DNA from: Podarcis muralis
Taxonomy: Eukaryota
DNA length: 64,000 bases
Reading direction: 5' to 3'
Assembly (NCBI RefSeq): GCF_964188315.1
Contig: NC_135667.1
Coordinates: forward strand, 24,738,001 to 24,802,000
The notes under the pieces are model-generated. The model made no database searches. It worked only from the letters and a program-made list of their open reading frames with translations, and had not been told where the DNA came from. The translations under genes and the position numbers were made by a program. Positions within the stretch are counted from its first letter, which is position 1; each line of letters starts with the position of its first letter. Shown piece after piece: positions 1 to 11,145 of this stretch.

Positions 1-105
1 ATCCCTGCTGATATAAAACATCAAAAAATTCCATAGACATAACAACACTTTTGCAGCCTTCATGAATATATGGTTATTGAATTTTTGTGGGTGTGGCGGG
101 GGATA

Positions 106-587
106 TGTTGTATGCTTGAGCCTCTTTACAATTCCTGGATGCAACACGCATCCAATTCCTGAAATATCCAAGCTATCTTCTTGGTGAGATAATGGCCTTT
201 TAGGTATGGGCCATTAAGATAACAAAGGGAGTGGTTCTGTGGCATATGGCAAATGGGTTGAGCCGTCTTCCTCAACTCACTGCTTAATAGAAATACAAAG
301 GCCATGGTTGAGAGTTGAGTCTTGGAAGCTATAGAATCTGGAAACTTCAAGTTGGGCAGCTGGGAAAGACAGATTTCTGATTTCTGTTGAAATCCCAGTA
401 TGTGGCTCTGGGAGCAGCAAGACCCTCTTGGAGTGTTAATGCTGTGAACCCATCCATTGTAGGCTAAGGTTCTATAGATGTGCAAATAAACCCCTTGGCC
501 TAAAGACACCACAGTCTCCACTGTGCCTCATTCTAAAGGAAACAGAGATCCTGGGTAAGCACCTAGGACCCCTGGAATCTTGCAACA
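106..587 (+). mobile_element. Possible solo LTR
   Basis: Imperfect inverted termini TGTTGTA...TGCAACA and AATAAA at 485-490 followed by a U5-like tail. No TSD found. Confidence 0.35.
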
Positions 588-1017
588 CTTGGAGTGGTAT
601 GCAACAATATGGATCTGGAGTGGTGATTGGAGTGGTATGCAACAATATGGATCTGTCTTACACTTCTTAATATTTTATTTTATTTTATTACTTATTTTGC
701 CAAACTGTCTGAACAGACAGACACTCTCCCCTTTTTCTTGAGGAAGTTTCAGGAAACTTACTCCTAAAGGGAGGGAATACAGCTGGATATGGCTAGCCTT
801 CCTAGCCAATCACAAAGGAGACTGGCATCCTGGCATTCAAGTTTGAAACATCTACTCATTAATCTTCCTTCTTCTTGCAACATCCAGGCTCCCAGAATTT
901 AGGTGGCCTAAGCTGGGTGGATGGGGTGGTTGAGTAGAATTTTTTTTTTTTTAGAGGGGGCTGCCTCTGTCTGTGTTGGAGAAAGAGGTTTGCAAGAGAG
1001 ATTCCTAATCTCCAGGA

Positions 1018-1258
1018 CAGTGATACCTCGAGTTACAAACGCCTCAGGTTAAAAATGCTTCAGGTTACAAACTCTGCTAACCTGGAAGAGTTACCTTGAG
1101 TTGAGAACTTTGCCCCAGGATGAGAACGGAAATTGTGTGCTGGCGGTGCAGCGGCAGGAAGAGGCCCCATTAGCTAAAGCACGCCTCTAGTTAAGAACAG
1201 TTTCAGGTTAAGAATGGACCTCCGGAACAAATTAAGTTTGTAACTAGAGGTACCACTG
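1018..1258 (+). mobile_element. Non-autonomous Tc1/mariner-type (Tigger/pogo-like) MITE, copy 1
   Basis: Termini CAGTGATACCTC...GAGGTACCACTG, TA on the right flank, internal sequence shared with copies at 3472, 5846 and 46553. Confidence 0.8.
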
Positions 1259-2174
1259 TACAATTGTGATTGCTACCAAGTACATAGTTAGATTTATACC
1301 TGCCCCCATCCATCTTTAAACAAACATTCCACATGAAAATACTCAGGCTAGAATAAATCACAGGCACTTAGCTTTGCAAATAAGTGAATTGTTGCTGTTG
1401 TAGTTGTAGTTGTTGTTGTTTATATACCACGATATACCTACAGGTCTCAGGGTGGTTTACAGAATAAAATCAAAAAATAAAACCACAAAAAAAACAACAA
1501 CCCAGTAACACCCCCTGTGGTTTACTCACAGAGTTTCCAGCAGTGGCATGAAACAAATTTTCATCAACTGGGAGTAAAACAAAGAAGAAGAAAGGTTCCA
1601 AACGTCTTAAAAAGAAAAGTACTTGGTTTCTTTACAAAAAGGATCATGTAGTCTTTGGGTTAGCAAAGCTTATAAAATCCTTTCTTAGAGAGATTCTTCA
1701 TTTCACGTGCAGTATTTGCCGAGTTGGGAGCCAAACTATGGCTCCTTCTTGTATTGGTCCAAGAAGCACACAAAGACTGAGAAGGGGGAATTGGAGGCTG
1801 CTGAGAGCCTGCTAAGCCACAGCCACTTTAAACATGAGCTCAGGGCTCAGGTTAATGCTTTTTTTATATATACAAATAGAATGCTCCACACAATGGAGAC
1901 CCCTGATAAAGCAGAATACTTGATAGTGTGAGGTGTTCTATTCACATTAAGATAAATGGATGTGGATGCCCACTGCAGTGGGTGGGATTTCGTGCACAAG
2001 GATGTTGAGATGGGGTGTCCATGTACAATCTTTGCCTCCATTCATGGATACAATGTCCGTATGCTTAGGCGAACTGGCAATTATCATAAAAAGATGAGCA
2101 ACCTTGGAACCCCTATGGTTAGGTAGAAAGGCAGCATACAAATATTTTAAATAGGGAAATAATTATTAGCAAAA

Positions 2175-2292
2175 GGTTGTCTCCAACTAAGTTCTACTCT
2201 AAGTAGCCCCATTGAAATTAATAGTTGGAAGTGTGTTATGTCAATTCATGTCAATGACTCTGCTCTAAATGTGAAAGATATTGGACACAACC
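2175..2292. repeat. Short degenerate palindromic (hairpin) repeat, MITE-like
   Basis: GGTTGTCTCCAA ... TTGGACACAACC inverted ends with a partly self-complementary interior. Confidence 0.4.
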
Positions 2293-2333
2293 CTAGTAGT
2301 CTTCCATCTGAGGTCACCAGGCAAAATTCATTT

Positions 2334-3254
2334 CTATTTTTTCTGAGACATTTTCCGCAAAGCACCTTGGATCTCTTTGTTTCTCAGGCTATAAATTATG
2401 GGATTCATCAGAGGTGGCAAAATGGCATACAAAACAGCAGCCAACAAATCGAGAGATGGAGAGGACAAAGCCTTTGGTCTCATGTAGGATAGCATAACAG
2501 TAGAAACAAACAAAAAAAATATGGTCAAATGTGGGATACAGGTGGAAAAGGCTTTATACCTTCCCTGTGCTGACTGAATCTTAAACACTGCAGAGAAGAT
2601 ATAACTGTAGGACACCAAGACAAGCAAAAAGCAGAACAACCCCACACAAAAGACACTGGCAAGCGTGAAGCGCTCACTGGCTTCCGTGTTTGTACAAGAT
2701 ATCCTATATAACTGAGGGATATCACAGAAATATTGTTCAATCACATTAGACTGGCAGAAATGTAGCCTAAATGTGTTTACAGTGTGGATCACACCATTGA
2801 GGACACTGCTGAGCAACGAAGCAGCTGCCATTTGAAGACAGGCATTCCAGTTCATAATCAGCATGTATTGTAGAGGGTGGCAGATTGCTACATAACGGTC
2901 ATAAGCCATAACAGTGAGAAAGGACAGCTCAGCCCCTGCAAATGTGACAACCAAGAAAACCTGGGTGACACAGCCAGAGAATGAAATCACATTGACATTA
3001 ATCAAGGAATTGACCATGGATTTGGGCACAGTGGTAGAAATGTAGCAGGCATCAATGGAGGATAGGAAAGCCAGGAAAAAATACATGGGAGTATGAAGAT
3101 GTTGGATTCGGGTTATGGTTACGATGATGAGGAAGTTCCCCATTAAGGCTGCTAAATAAAGAGAGAGAAACAACACAAAATGTAAGATCTGGAGCTCTCG
3201 AATATCAGAAAACCCTAGAAGGATGAATTCTGTCACAGATGTTTGGTTTACCAT
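2334..3254 (-). CDS. Olfactory receptor, class II, OR14-like, intact (306 aa)
   Basis: Motifs NQT glycosylation site, LHTPMYFFL, MAYDRYVAICHPL, KAFSTCIPHL, PPLMNPIIYSLRN. True ATG at 3254 (MVNQTS); the track start at 3305 is a TTG inside the intron. Acceptor ctccacag at 3277-3275. Confidence 0.95.
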   Translation of the reverse strand: MVNQTSVTEFILLGFSDIRELQILHFVLFLSLYLAALMGNFLIIVTITRIQHLHTPMYFFLAFLSSIDACYISTTVPKSMVNSLINVNVISFSGCVTQVFLVVTFAGAELSFLTVMAYDRYVAICHPLQYMLIMNWNACLQMAAASLLSSVLNGVIHTVNTFRLHFCQSNVIEQYFCDIPQLYRISCTNTEASERFTLASVFCVGLFCFLLVLVSYSYIFSAVFKIQSAQGRYKAFSTCIPHLTIFFLFVSTVMLSYMRPKALSSPSLDLLAAVLYAILPPLMNPIIYSLRNKEIQGALRKMSQKK

Positions 3255-3471
3255 TCCTTTGGTTGGAAAATATTCTGTGGAGAGAACAGGAGGAAATGTT
3301 GGCAAGAAAACAAAGATTTTGCAAGTTTCTTTGTCACCATTGTGTGTTTAGCAAACCCACTATGAGCTTTTATTTTTTGGTAAAACACAAAGTGTAAAGC
3401 AAAGATGTGTAAGCGTGGCTATATAAGGTGGTTGGGAGAAGAACATTATCTAACTGAATGGCTTTGACATA

Positions 3472-3713
3472 CAGTGGTACCTCGGGTTACATTCGCTTCA
3501 AGTTACATATGCTTCAGGTTACAGACTCCACTAACCCAGAAATAGTACCTTGGGTTAAGAACTTTGCTTCAGGATGAGAACAGAAATCGTGCGGCGGCGG
3601 CATGGCGACAGCAGGAGGCCCCTTTAGCTAAAGTGGTGCTTCAGGTTAAGAACAGTTTCAGGTTAAGAACGGACCTCCGGAACAAATTAAGTACGTAACC
3701 AGAGGTACCACTG
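3472..3713 (+). mobile_element. Tc1/mariner-type MITE, copy 2
   Basis: TA|CAGTGGTACCTC ... GAGGTACCACTG|TA: perfect TIRs and TA TSD. Confidence 0.85.
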
Positions 3714-5420
3714 TACTCTGGATTCCTAATTCACAGTTTGTCTGTGCTTGGGAGATGGAGGGTCTTCCCTGTTAACAGAACAACTTGAATAATTAAAATA
3801 GAGTCCAGAGATAAAATGAAACAAAAACAGTGCATAATTTGAGCAGAGGGGGAAACAGAGGGATTTTGTCTTTTTTATGTCAGGCCTTGTACAGAAAAGG
3901 CAGATGTTCAACAAACATACAGTGGAAAATTCCGTCAAAGCTAACAAGACAATAATAACTCATGTTATATCAGCAAGGATCATGCCATTCTGATGGGTAG
4001 GTACACAACATCTCCTCCTCCACCACCACTGTCAGCAGAATTAACCCTTGAGTTACCAGCTGAATGATCCCTGCTGTTGTTCTTCCAACAGTTCCTAGAT
4101 ATTTTATGCTTATACTTTAAGTAGCAAACCAGGAGTTCAGAGATGGCAAACCAGGCACCATTAAGAGGTTTGTGGATTACAGCTCCCATAAACCCTGTCC
4201 ATTTACCATTGTGGCTGGGTTGATGGGAGTTGCAGAATCTGGAATCTGGAGGGTCACAAATTTCCCATCTATGTACTAGTAGAATATACATATAATTGTA
4301 AGAAAAGAAAGAAGAGATCATGAATCAAGGAAAACTGTCTTTCTTTTCTACATTGCAACTTGTTCATTGAATTAGCTGGTTATATTGTCAGTCTTAAAAG
4401 AATGTATTATTCTGCTTTTCAAATCTCATTTGCCACATTTCTCTCCTACAATGTACATCCTTCCTTTTTATTTAAATTTTTGAATCACAGTTTCTTATCA
4501 GTTTGCAGGTCTTCTGCATTCACAATCTAGAATGGTTTAAAATTTAATGGGGAGGCTGTAGCATTACTGTCACACTACTGTGACTAATGACTAGTAAATA
4601 CATCCTTATAAGCAATCTACATGTTTTCAATTACAGTTGATGAAATTTGGGCACCAGTAAGCCACACGTTTGTTTTCTAGTTCCTCATTGAATTGTCCCC
4701 AAAATGCAGCAGGTATGGGCAGAAGGAAAACTTCCCTTTACCTCCTACTATAATTGTTCAAATGCACAATTTATTCAAATTTACTTAGATTTCAGTGAAT
4801 TAGCTAGAGAAACAAAAACCATAAAATCATTTCCAAACCTTAACTTACCTGTTAATTTCTCTTAAGAATGCCTTTTTGATATAATAATGCAATCACTGTG
4901 TTTATTTGGAGACGATTGATCTATCTCTGCTCGTGTTCAGATTTCAAGAATCTGTTCTTCAGAAATCTGCATATGTAGCAGCAGAGACCCAAAGGGAGAA
5001 ATTAAAACAGAAATTGAGTAGCATGGACTTACCCACAAGGGTGTTGTGGATGTCTACAGGGCTCTCACCACAAGAACCTTGGAAGATAAAGCAACTGTCT
5101 AATAACCACTTAACAGAACACAAAATAATGAAACATTTTCATTTCTTTAAAGCTCCACTTATAGTTTTTGTCTCCCTGGTTTACTGCCTTTTTGCCCCTT
5201 TCCTTTTCAGGGGCCTTGATATGCTCTAGAAGGTCATCCTCAATCACTGTTTCCATTGACATTCTGTGGAGAACTGTACAGTTCTATTCAAAGTGCATGA
5301 AAACAAAACAAAGGGGTTGAGAAGCTATGGAGAACAAGGAAGGAACAAAAAGGAAATGGGTATAAGTGTGGCTCTCTTTTTTTAATAGCACAAAAAGGTG
5401 GAAGTGCAATAAGTCTTTCC

Positions 5421-5472
5421 CTTCCTTCCTTCCTTCCTTCCTTCCTTCCTTCCTTCCTTCCTTCCTTCCTTC
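5421..5472 (+). repeat. (CTTC)13 microsatellite
   Basis: Read directly from the sequence. Confidence 0.95.
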
Positions 5473-5845
5473 TGACAACCTGGAGGTGTGGTGGAGAGGC
5501 TTATCCAAGATGTTTAATATGGTAGTGACAGCCTCCTCCAAAAAACACATATCAAGGACATTTATCTATGGAATGCCTGAAAGAATGGACTGTGTGGAAT
5601 TTTATGAGGATTTGCACATTGCCAATTAAAGAGAGCTCAACTTTGATTTATTATGGTTTTGATGAGACACCAGCTCGTTGAAAGCAAGGAGATGAATATT
5701 GGAAGTGGTTCAGAAGTCACAGCCGGACCTGGACTGCTTTTAATTTCAAAGCAAGATGGAGAGTTGTGGCATACTTGCAAAAGAGCTCTCGGCGGAGGAA
5801 AGAGAACTGATTCCAACATGAACAAAAGAAGAAGGAAAACAAATA

Positions 5846-6082
5846 CAGTGGTACCTTGGGTTAAGTACTTAATTTGGAGGTCCGTTCTTAACCTGAAACT
5901 GTTCTTAACCTGAAGCACCACTTTAGCTAATGGGGCCTCCTGCTGCTGCCACGCCGCCGGAGCACGATTTCTGTTCTCATGCTGAAGCAAAGTTCTTAAC
6001 CCGAGGTACTATTTCTGGGTTAGCAGAGTCTGTAACCTGAAGCGTATGTAACCTGAAGCATATGTAACCTGAGGTACCACTG
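5846..6082 (-). mobile_element. Tc1/mariner-type MITE, copy 3 (reverse orientation)
   Basis: TA|CAGTGGTACCT ... AGGTACCACTG|TA; interior is the reverse complement of copy 2. Confidence 0.85.
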
Positions 6083-6778
6083 TATTCCACACAGCTACAT
6101 GAAATAAATTCTCTCTGCAAGGTAACTGATATGGATTTATAGAAACATCTTTGAAAGTCATTACATCAGTGGCTGCAAGAACAAAGGATTAGATCGGAAT
6201 AGTGGAATTTGGATTAATTAAAAGAATTGGCGCAGGATCAAGGGAACAATATCAACTCCTGACAGCCGGAACACAGGAAGTCAGCCAAAATGTTTAATTC
6301 AGACTGTTTAATTGGCTTGTATTGAGATTGGGCATTATTTGGAAATGTATTCATGTGGTTACCATTGGATTGTTATTAATGAAAAATTAATAAAAAGTAT
6401 TTAAAAATATAAGCATAAATAATGCTTGTGTGTGGTCTACTTCATCACTAGGGCTTCAGGAATGAAACTGCATTGAGGAGAAGCCAGCCACAGAACCCGT
6501 GGCTCCACGCTCAGTCTCCTCTGCCCCCTGAACTGTTAGCATTTCACTGCTCCATTGCTGGATGTGTAATTACGGAAGCTAGTCTTATCTCTTCCACTCT
6601 GTTGTACTGCTGTACTTTCTCTCTCTCTTTTGGAAAAAGAAGAGAGGAAACGCCATGATTCCTTTGTCCTGTATATATTGTTTAATAAATACTTAGAAAG
6701 CACACACCAAGCTCCACTTCATTTCTGCTATACTCTGCTGAGTTGAGTCATTGAGTGTGCACGTAATCATCTGATATG

Positions 6779-7060
6779 TGTTGCTGGGAGCGTGCCAGGA
6801 CTGGAGATTTATGGACGTCCCAAGCTGCGCATCACCAGGAAGGCACCGGAGAGGCACCCCCCCTCATGGGGGGGGCCCGCCCTCAGCCCTAGCTCAATAA
6901 TTATTTGAGGGCCACAAAGAGTTCACCCCCCCCCCCCGGGCTAGGACCCATGTCTCCTGCACAGTTCACAAGTTGTTATTAATAAAGTGGCCCTAGTTTA
7001 AACCCACATCTTTTGTCCTGCCTATTTTTTCCCCACCTGTCTCCTCATGAAAACAAGACA
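6779..7060 (+). mobile_element. Possible LTR-like fragment
   Basis: Starts TGTTGC and contains AATAAAGTGGCC, similar to the poly(A) region of the LTRs at 45052 and 60330. The 3' end is uncertain. Confidence 0.3.
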
Positions 7061-7351
7061 GTGGTGGCAATCTTGGTGTGTGTGTGTCCCCAAACCTTCC
7101 CCTCCCAATTCTTCATCAATCTCTGTTCTAACTAAAAGGCCAGTGCTGGGAATCTTTTTTCCTGGATCATCTTGTGGAGGCCATTGAAGGCCCATATGTA
7201 TCCAACCTGTGGTCTTTTGTAGAATGGGTTTGACAGTGATGGTGGGGGGTGGGTGGGCTGGAGGGTTTCCTTGCAAAGCATATGCCAAGAAATGTGAAAG
7301 GGATTTGCTGGTGAAGACCAGTAACATTCCCAACATGCTTCCCAATTAAGT

Positions 7352-7507
7352 TTGTCACTTACCATAATATATACCATGGTTTCACCACTGATGAATCCAG
7401 TAACTTACAGCTTGAGAAGCAAGGTGGTAAAAGGTGCTTTGTCAAAAGTACTGGGTTTGAGGCACTCTTCTATGAATGCCCTCTCTAGCTTTTTTCTTCA
7501 AATGTGA
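7352..7507 (+). pseudogene. OR pseudogene relic: TM7 and C-terminus only
   Basis: Translates LSLTIIYTMVSPLMNPVTYSLRSKVVKGALSKVLGLRHSSMNALSSFFLQM*. It is colinear with the end of the 10165 gene, and the next ~140 nt match that gene's 3' flank. Confidence 0.85.
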
Positions 7508-7658
7508 AGGGCCTGGATATGTTTTGCTTAGTTTTCTCTGTTGCTCCAGATGGAAAGACCTGCATCAAGTGGTTGGATTTACAACAAAGGACATTTTTAT
7601 GGAACATTGCATTGGCAGTAAAATAGGTTTTGTCAAAGGGTGATGAAGTCCTTTTTAA

Positions 7659-7843
7659 GGACTTGGTGCTAACAACACCAAGGTCATGGGTTTGGCTTCT
7701 TTTTGGGCAAAGACTTGGTGCTAACAACACCAAGGTCATGGGTTTGTATGGGCAAAGAGGTCTTTGATTCTTGCATTGCAAAGGGTTAGACTAGATGACC
7801 CTTGGTGTCCCTTACAACTCCTACAATTATATGATTCTATGAT
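7659..7843 (+). mobile_element. tRNA-head/CR1-tail SINE (Squam2-like) with an internal ~53-bp duplication
   Basis: GACTTGGTGCTAACAACACCAAGGTCATGGGTTTG occurs twice; the element ends ACTAGATGACCC...ATGATTCTATGAT. Confidence 0.55.
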
Positions 7844-8049
7844 ACTTTTTTAACAAGACAGTTAGTGTGTGAGATAGCATCTAGGTGTAGGGCAAAAGCA
7901 TCAGGAACATTCAGGCATTCTGGAGAGCCAATGCCAGTGAGTGTAAAAAATGCTGAGCTACATAGACCAAGGGTCTGATTCAGTACAAGACAGCTTTCTA
8001 TCTTCCTGTAATCTGTAATTCTCATGAACTTTTGTCAGTCTTTACTAAC

Positions 8050-8319
8050 CATATTAGCAAAAAACAGAATTAAAGTTGCTTAGTATGCCTTACTAATGAG
8101 AAGTCTTGGATTCCCAAGAGAGCAGATCTCCAAGAATGCAAAAGGGACATGATTGTCCCTTTCCACATTAACAAATTGATATTGTCATCATAGATCCACA
8201 CGCAGGGTTTTATAAAGTGTCATGTATGGCTCAACTGATACATGTTCAATACTTCCACTGAAGTGGGGGGGGGGGAGAATATGAAGCTGAGAGAAATTTG
8301 TGAAGAAAAAAAGGTATGT
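8050..8319 (+). promoter_or_regulatory. OR promoter / non-coding exon 1 module for the 10165 gene
   Basis: CTAATGA (~8093), O/E-like TCCCAAGAGA (8112-8121), TATAAAG (8211), donor aag|GTATGT (8314). Predicted intron runs to the acceptor at 10159. Confidence 0.6.
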
Positions 8320-8957
8320 TATTAGGTGCTTACATTTTTCTTATGCTCTTAGTAGTCAACTGCTCTCAGTATAAAAACAATGCACTCTCCTTCCTTTCCC
8401 CTCTCTCATTCTTTTCTTTCCCATACATTTGCTCCTCCCCTAGCACTCTCTATTGTCAATGAAACTCAAACAGAACAGAATATTACAGTTCATTTTAGAT
8501 GCTTAGAATGGGTAAAGAGTCTGTTGTGCAGTCTTTGATAAGGATGGATGAATCTCTCAATTTAGATTTTTCTCCATTTCTCATTTTTACAATCTTACGT
8601 TCTCTTTGCACTATTTCCACATCAGTTTGTGTGTGTTTCTTGCTGAATAATCTGAATGAATATTCATACAAATTGCCATGCACATTTTTTTCTTAAAATA
8701 TTCATTTTCACACAATTATATCCAGTACATACATTTTACAAGAACTTTCCCCAAACACAATATATCTTTCTACATTCCCCCCACTAACATTCACTGTTGT
8801 GTGCATTTTTATTGCAGTTTCCCTTAATATACACTATACAAACATTTTAATGTAAATTTTTTTTTGGGGGGGGAGGAGATTGCAGAACTGCACTGCAAAA
8901 TACAGAGAAGTGGAGATTTCCAAGTATTTCCTAGATTTCCTAGAACCTTAAGGTTGT

Positions 8958-9297
8958 TAAATTTAGGATAGACAAAAGAAAGTACCTGTACTTCTTCACA
9001 TAGTGTATCCTTTAGCTATGGAATTCACTTCCACAAATTGTAGTGATGGTCACCAACTTGAGTGGCTTTAAAAGAGAATCAGACTAATTTATGAAACAAA
9101 GTGCTAATGGCATCTACTGGCCATGATGGCTCTGTTCCACCTCTAGTGTCAAAGACAGCAGTCTGCCTCCAAATATCAGTAAAAACTAGTGATTGCTCTT
9201 CAACTCAGGCTTCTCATAGGGATCTGGTTGGTCACTGTGAGAACGGGATTCTAGAGGTCTTTTGCCTGATCCAGGTGAGGTCTTCATATGTGTTTAG
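8958..9297 (+). mobile_element. CR1 LINE 3' fragment
   Basis: ACAAAAGAAAGTAC..TTCTTCACA, TGGCTTTAAAAGAG and TGGTTGGTCACTGTGAGAAC...GCCTGATCCAG, typical of sauropsid CR1 3' ends. Confidence 0.65.
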
Positions 9298-9751
9298 TTA
9301 CATACTGGCAAATCAACCAAGAATGCAGCGTGCTCCAGGTTGCCTTCCTAAATATATCAGGGGTGGGCAGCCCCCTATGCCCTTTCCCCAATTGGTTTGT
9401 GGGTAAGGCCTGCCCATTTTGAAGGTCTGGCACAGCAAGGTGGAGGGTGGTATTAGGCAACCATCCCCCTCCCCCAGCCATGCAGGTAGGTGGTGATTTC
9501 CCCTGTCTGGACATGGCCGTGCTGTGTGGGAACCCCACCCCTACCTCAGCCCCAGGTGAATGGATATTTTTGTGGATTTGGGGCTCTACTATAATTTTTT
9601 TGCACTAAGGAAAGTATTGAGAAAGTGCACCTCTCAACAACCAAATCAGAATGAATGTTCAATAAACAATGGCTATTATATCACCTTTTTGTAAAATTTG
9701 AACAAACAAATCAGGATGAATTCTTAAAAAAGAAGTAGAAGTGATCTAAGT

Positions 9752-9887
9752 CAGTGTTTCCCAACCTTGGGCCTCCAGCTGTTTTTGGACTACAACTCCC
9801 ATCATCCCTAGCTAGCAAGACCAGTGGTCAGGGATGATGGGAATTGTAGTTCAAAAACAGCTGGAGGCCCAAGGTTGGGAAACACTG
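9752..9887. mobile_element. hAT (Charlie/Buster-type) palindromic MITE
   Basis: TIR CAGTGTTTCCCAACCTTGGGCCTCCAGCTG, near-perfect 136-bp hairpin, 8-bp TSD ATCTAAGT on both sides. Confidence 0.9.
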
Positions 9888-10164
9888 ATCTAAGTCAATG
9901 TATACTCAATTACAGCAATCACCTATTCTTCCCCTGCCTGACCCTGTCTCATTACCAATTCTAAAGTTGCTTCCATCTGCATATTTTAGATTATACCACT
10001 ACCTTGGTGTACAGACCTAGCATAACTTCTTTTTCCAAAATACATGATGTATAGCTGTAACTATTATTGCAATTTTAAAATCAAAAGTGCAAGTACTGTT
10101 GGTCCACTCCTTACAATGTTTCAATTTCCTCTTAACACCTGTCCTGTTTCCTTCCACAGACAGC

Positions 10165-11145
10165 ATGGATACTAAGGAGCAAAGCACAGTTAATCAATCC
10201 TCTCTGTCAGGATTTATTCTAATGGAATTTTCAGAAGTAAGGGAACTACAGATTCTACACTTCTTTATGTTCCTTGCTTTTTATCTGGCAGCACTTACAG
10301 GAAATCTTCTCATCATCTCTGCAGTAGCCTTTGACTCCCACCTGCAAACACCGATGTACTTCTTTCTCGTGAACTTAGCTATACAGGACCTTGGTTCAGT
10401 TTCAGTGATTATGCCCAAATCCATGGCCAATACCCTCTTAAATATTAGATACATTTCTTACCCAGGATGTGTTGCTCAAGTCTTCTTCTTTCTCTTCTTT
10501 TTAATATCTGATTTCTTTCTCCTCACGGTTATGGCATATGATCGATATGTTGCCATTTGCAAACCGCTACAGTATGAGATGTTGATGAATATGCAAGCCT
10601 GCATCCAAATGATTATTAGAGTATGGATCAGCAGCTTTCTTTGTGGAGTTTTACACACTGGGTGTACCTTTTCTTCCTCCTTTTGCTCCAATGTGGTCAA
10701 TCAGTTTTTCTGTGAAGTCCCACATTTGCTTAAGATGGCCTGCTCTGATTTGTACCTTTTTGAAATTGGAGCTATTGTGTTAGGATCTGTCACTGTGTTA
10801 GGCTGCTTTATCTTCATCATTGCAACCTATGTGCACATCTTCACCGAAGTGCTGAAAATCCCCTCTGTTGAGGGAAGGCAAAGGGCCTTCTCAACGTGCC
10901 TTCCCCACCTCATTGTTGTCTCTATATTTGTGTTCACTGGCTGCTTTGCTTACCTCAAGCCCACCTCTAACAGTCCATCACACTTGGATTTGGCATTTAC
11001 CATGATATATTCCATGGTTCCACCACTGATGAATCCCATAATCTACAGCATGAGAAACAAGGAGGTAAAAAATGCTTTGTCAAAACTACTGGGTTCGAGG
11101 CTCTCTTCTATGAATGCCTTCTCTATTTCTTTTCGTCAGAGGTGA
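10165..11145 (+). CDS. Olfactory receptor, OR14-like, intact (326 aa)
   Basis: NQS, LQTPMYFFL, MAYDRYVAICKPL, FSTCLPHL, PPLMNPIIYSMRN. ATG at 10165 follows acceptor cttccacag (10159); the upstream 26 codons in the track are intronic. Confidence 0.95.
   Translation: MDTKEQSTVNQSSLSGFILMEFSEVRELQILHFFMFLAFYLAALTGNLLIISAVAFDSHLQTPMYFFLVNLAIQDLGSVSVIMPKSMANTLLNIRYISYPGCVAQVFFFLFFLISDFFLLTVMAYDRYVAICKPLQYEMLMNMQACIQMIIRVWISSFLCGVLHTGCTFSSSFCSNVVNQFFCEVPHLLKMACSDLYLFEIGAIVLGSVTVLGCFIFIIATYVHIFTEVLKIPSVEGRQRAFSTCLPHLIVVSIFVFTGCFAYLKPTSNSPSHLDLAFTMIYSMVPPLMNPIIYSMRNKEVKNALSKLLGSRLSSMNAFSISFRQR

Noticed and set aside
126-521. 131-aa ORF and other short intergenic ORFs (e.g. 7022-7345, 45143-45658, 62996-63527)
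   Set aside because: No recognisable domains; most lie within LTRs or MITEs or have low-complexity composition.
5480-6410. Possible degenerate L1 3' end around MITE copy 3
   Set aside because: Only weak hints (a WRCG-like peptide and an AATAAAAAGTATTTAAAA end); too decayed to support.
10087-10164. N-terminal extensions of OR ORFs (also 3255-3305, 48794-48799, 53753-53905)
   Set aside because: They begin at GTG/TTG or an upstream ATG within intronic polypyrimidine tracts, before clear AG acceptors.
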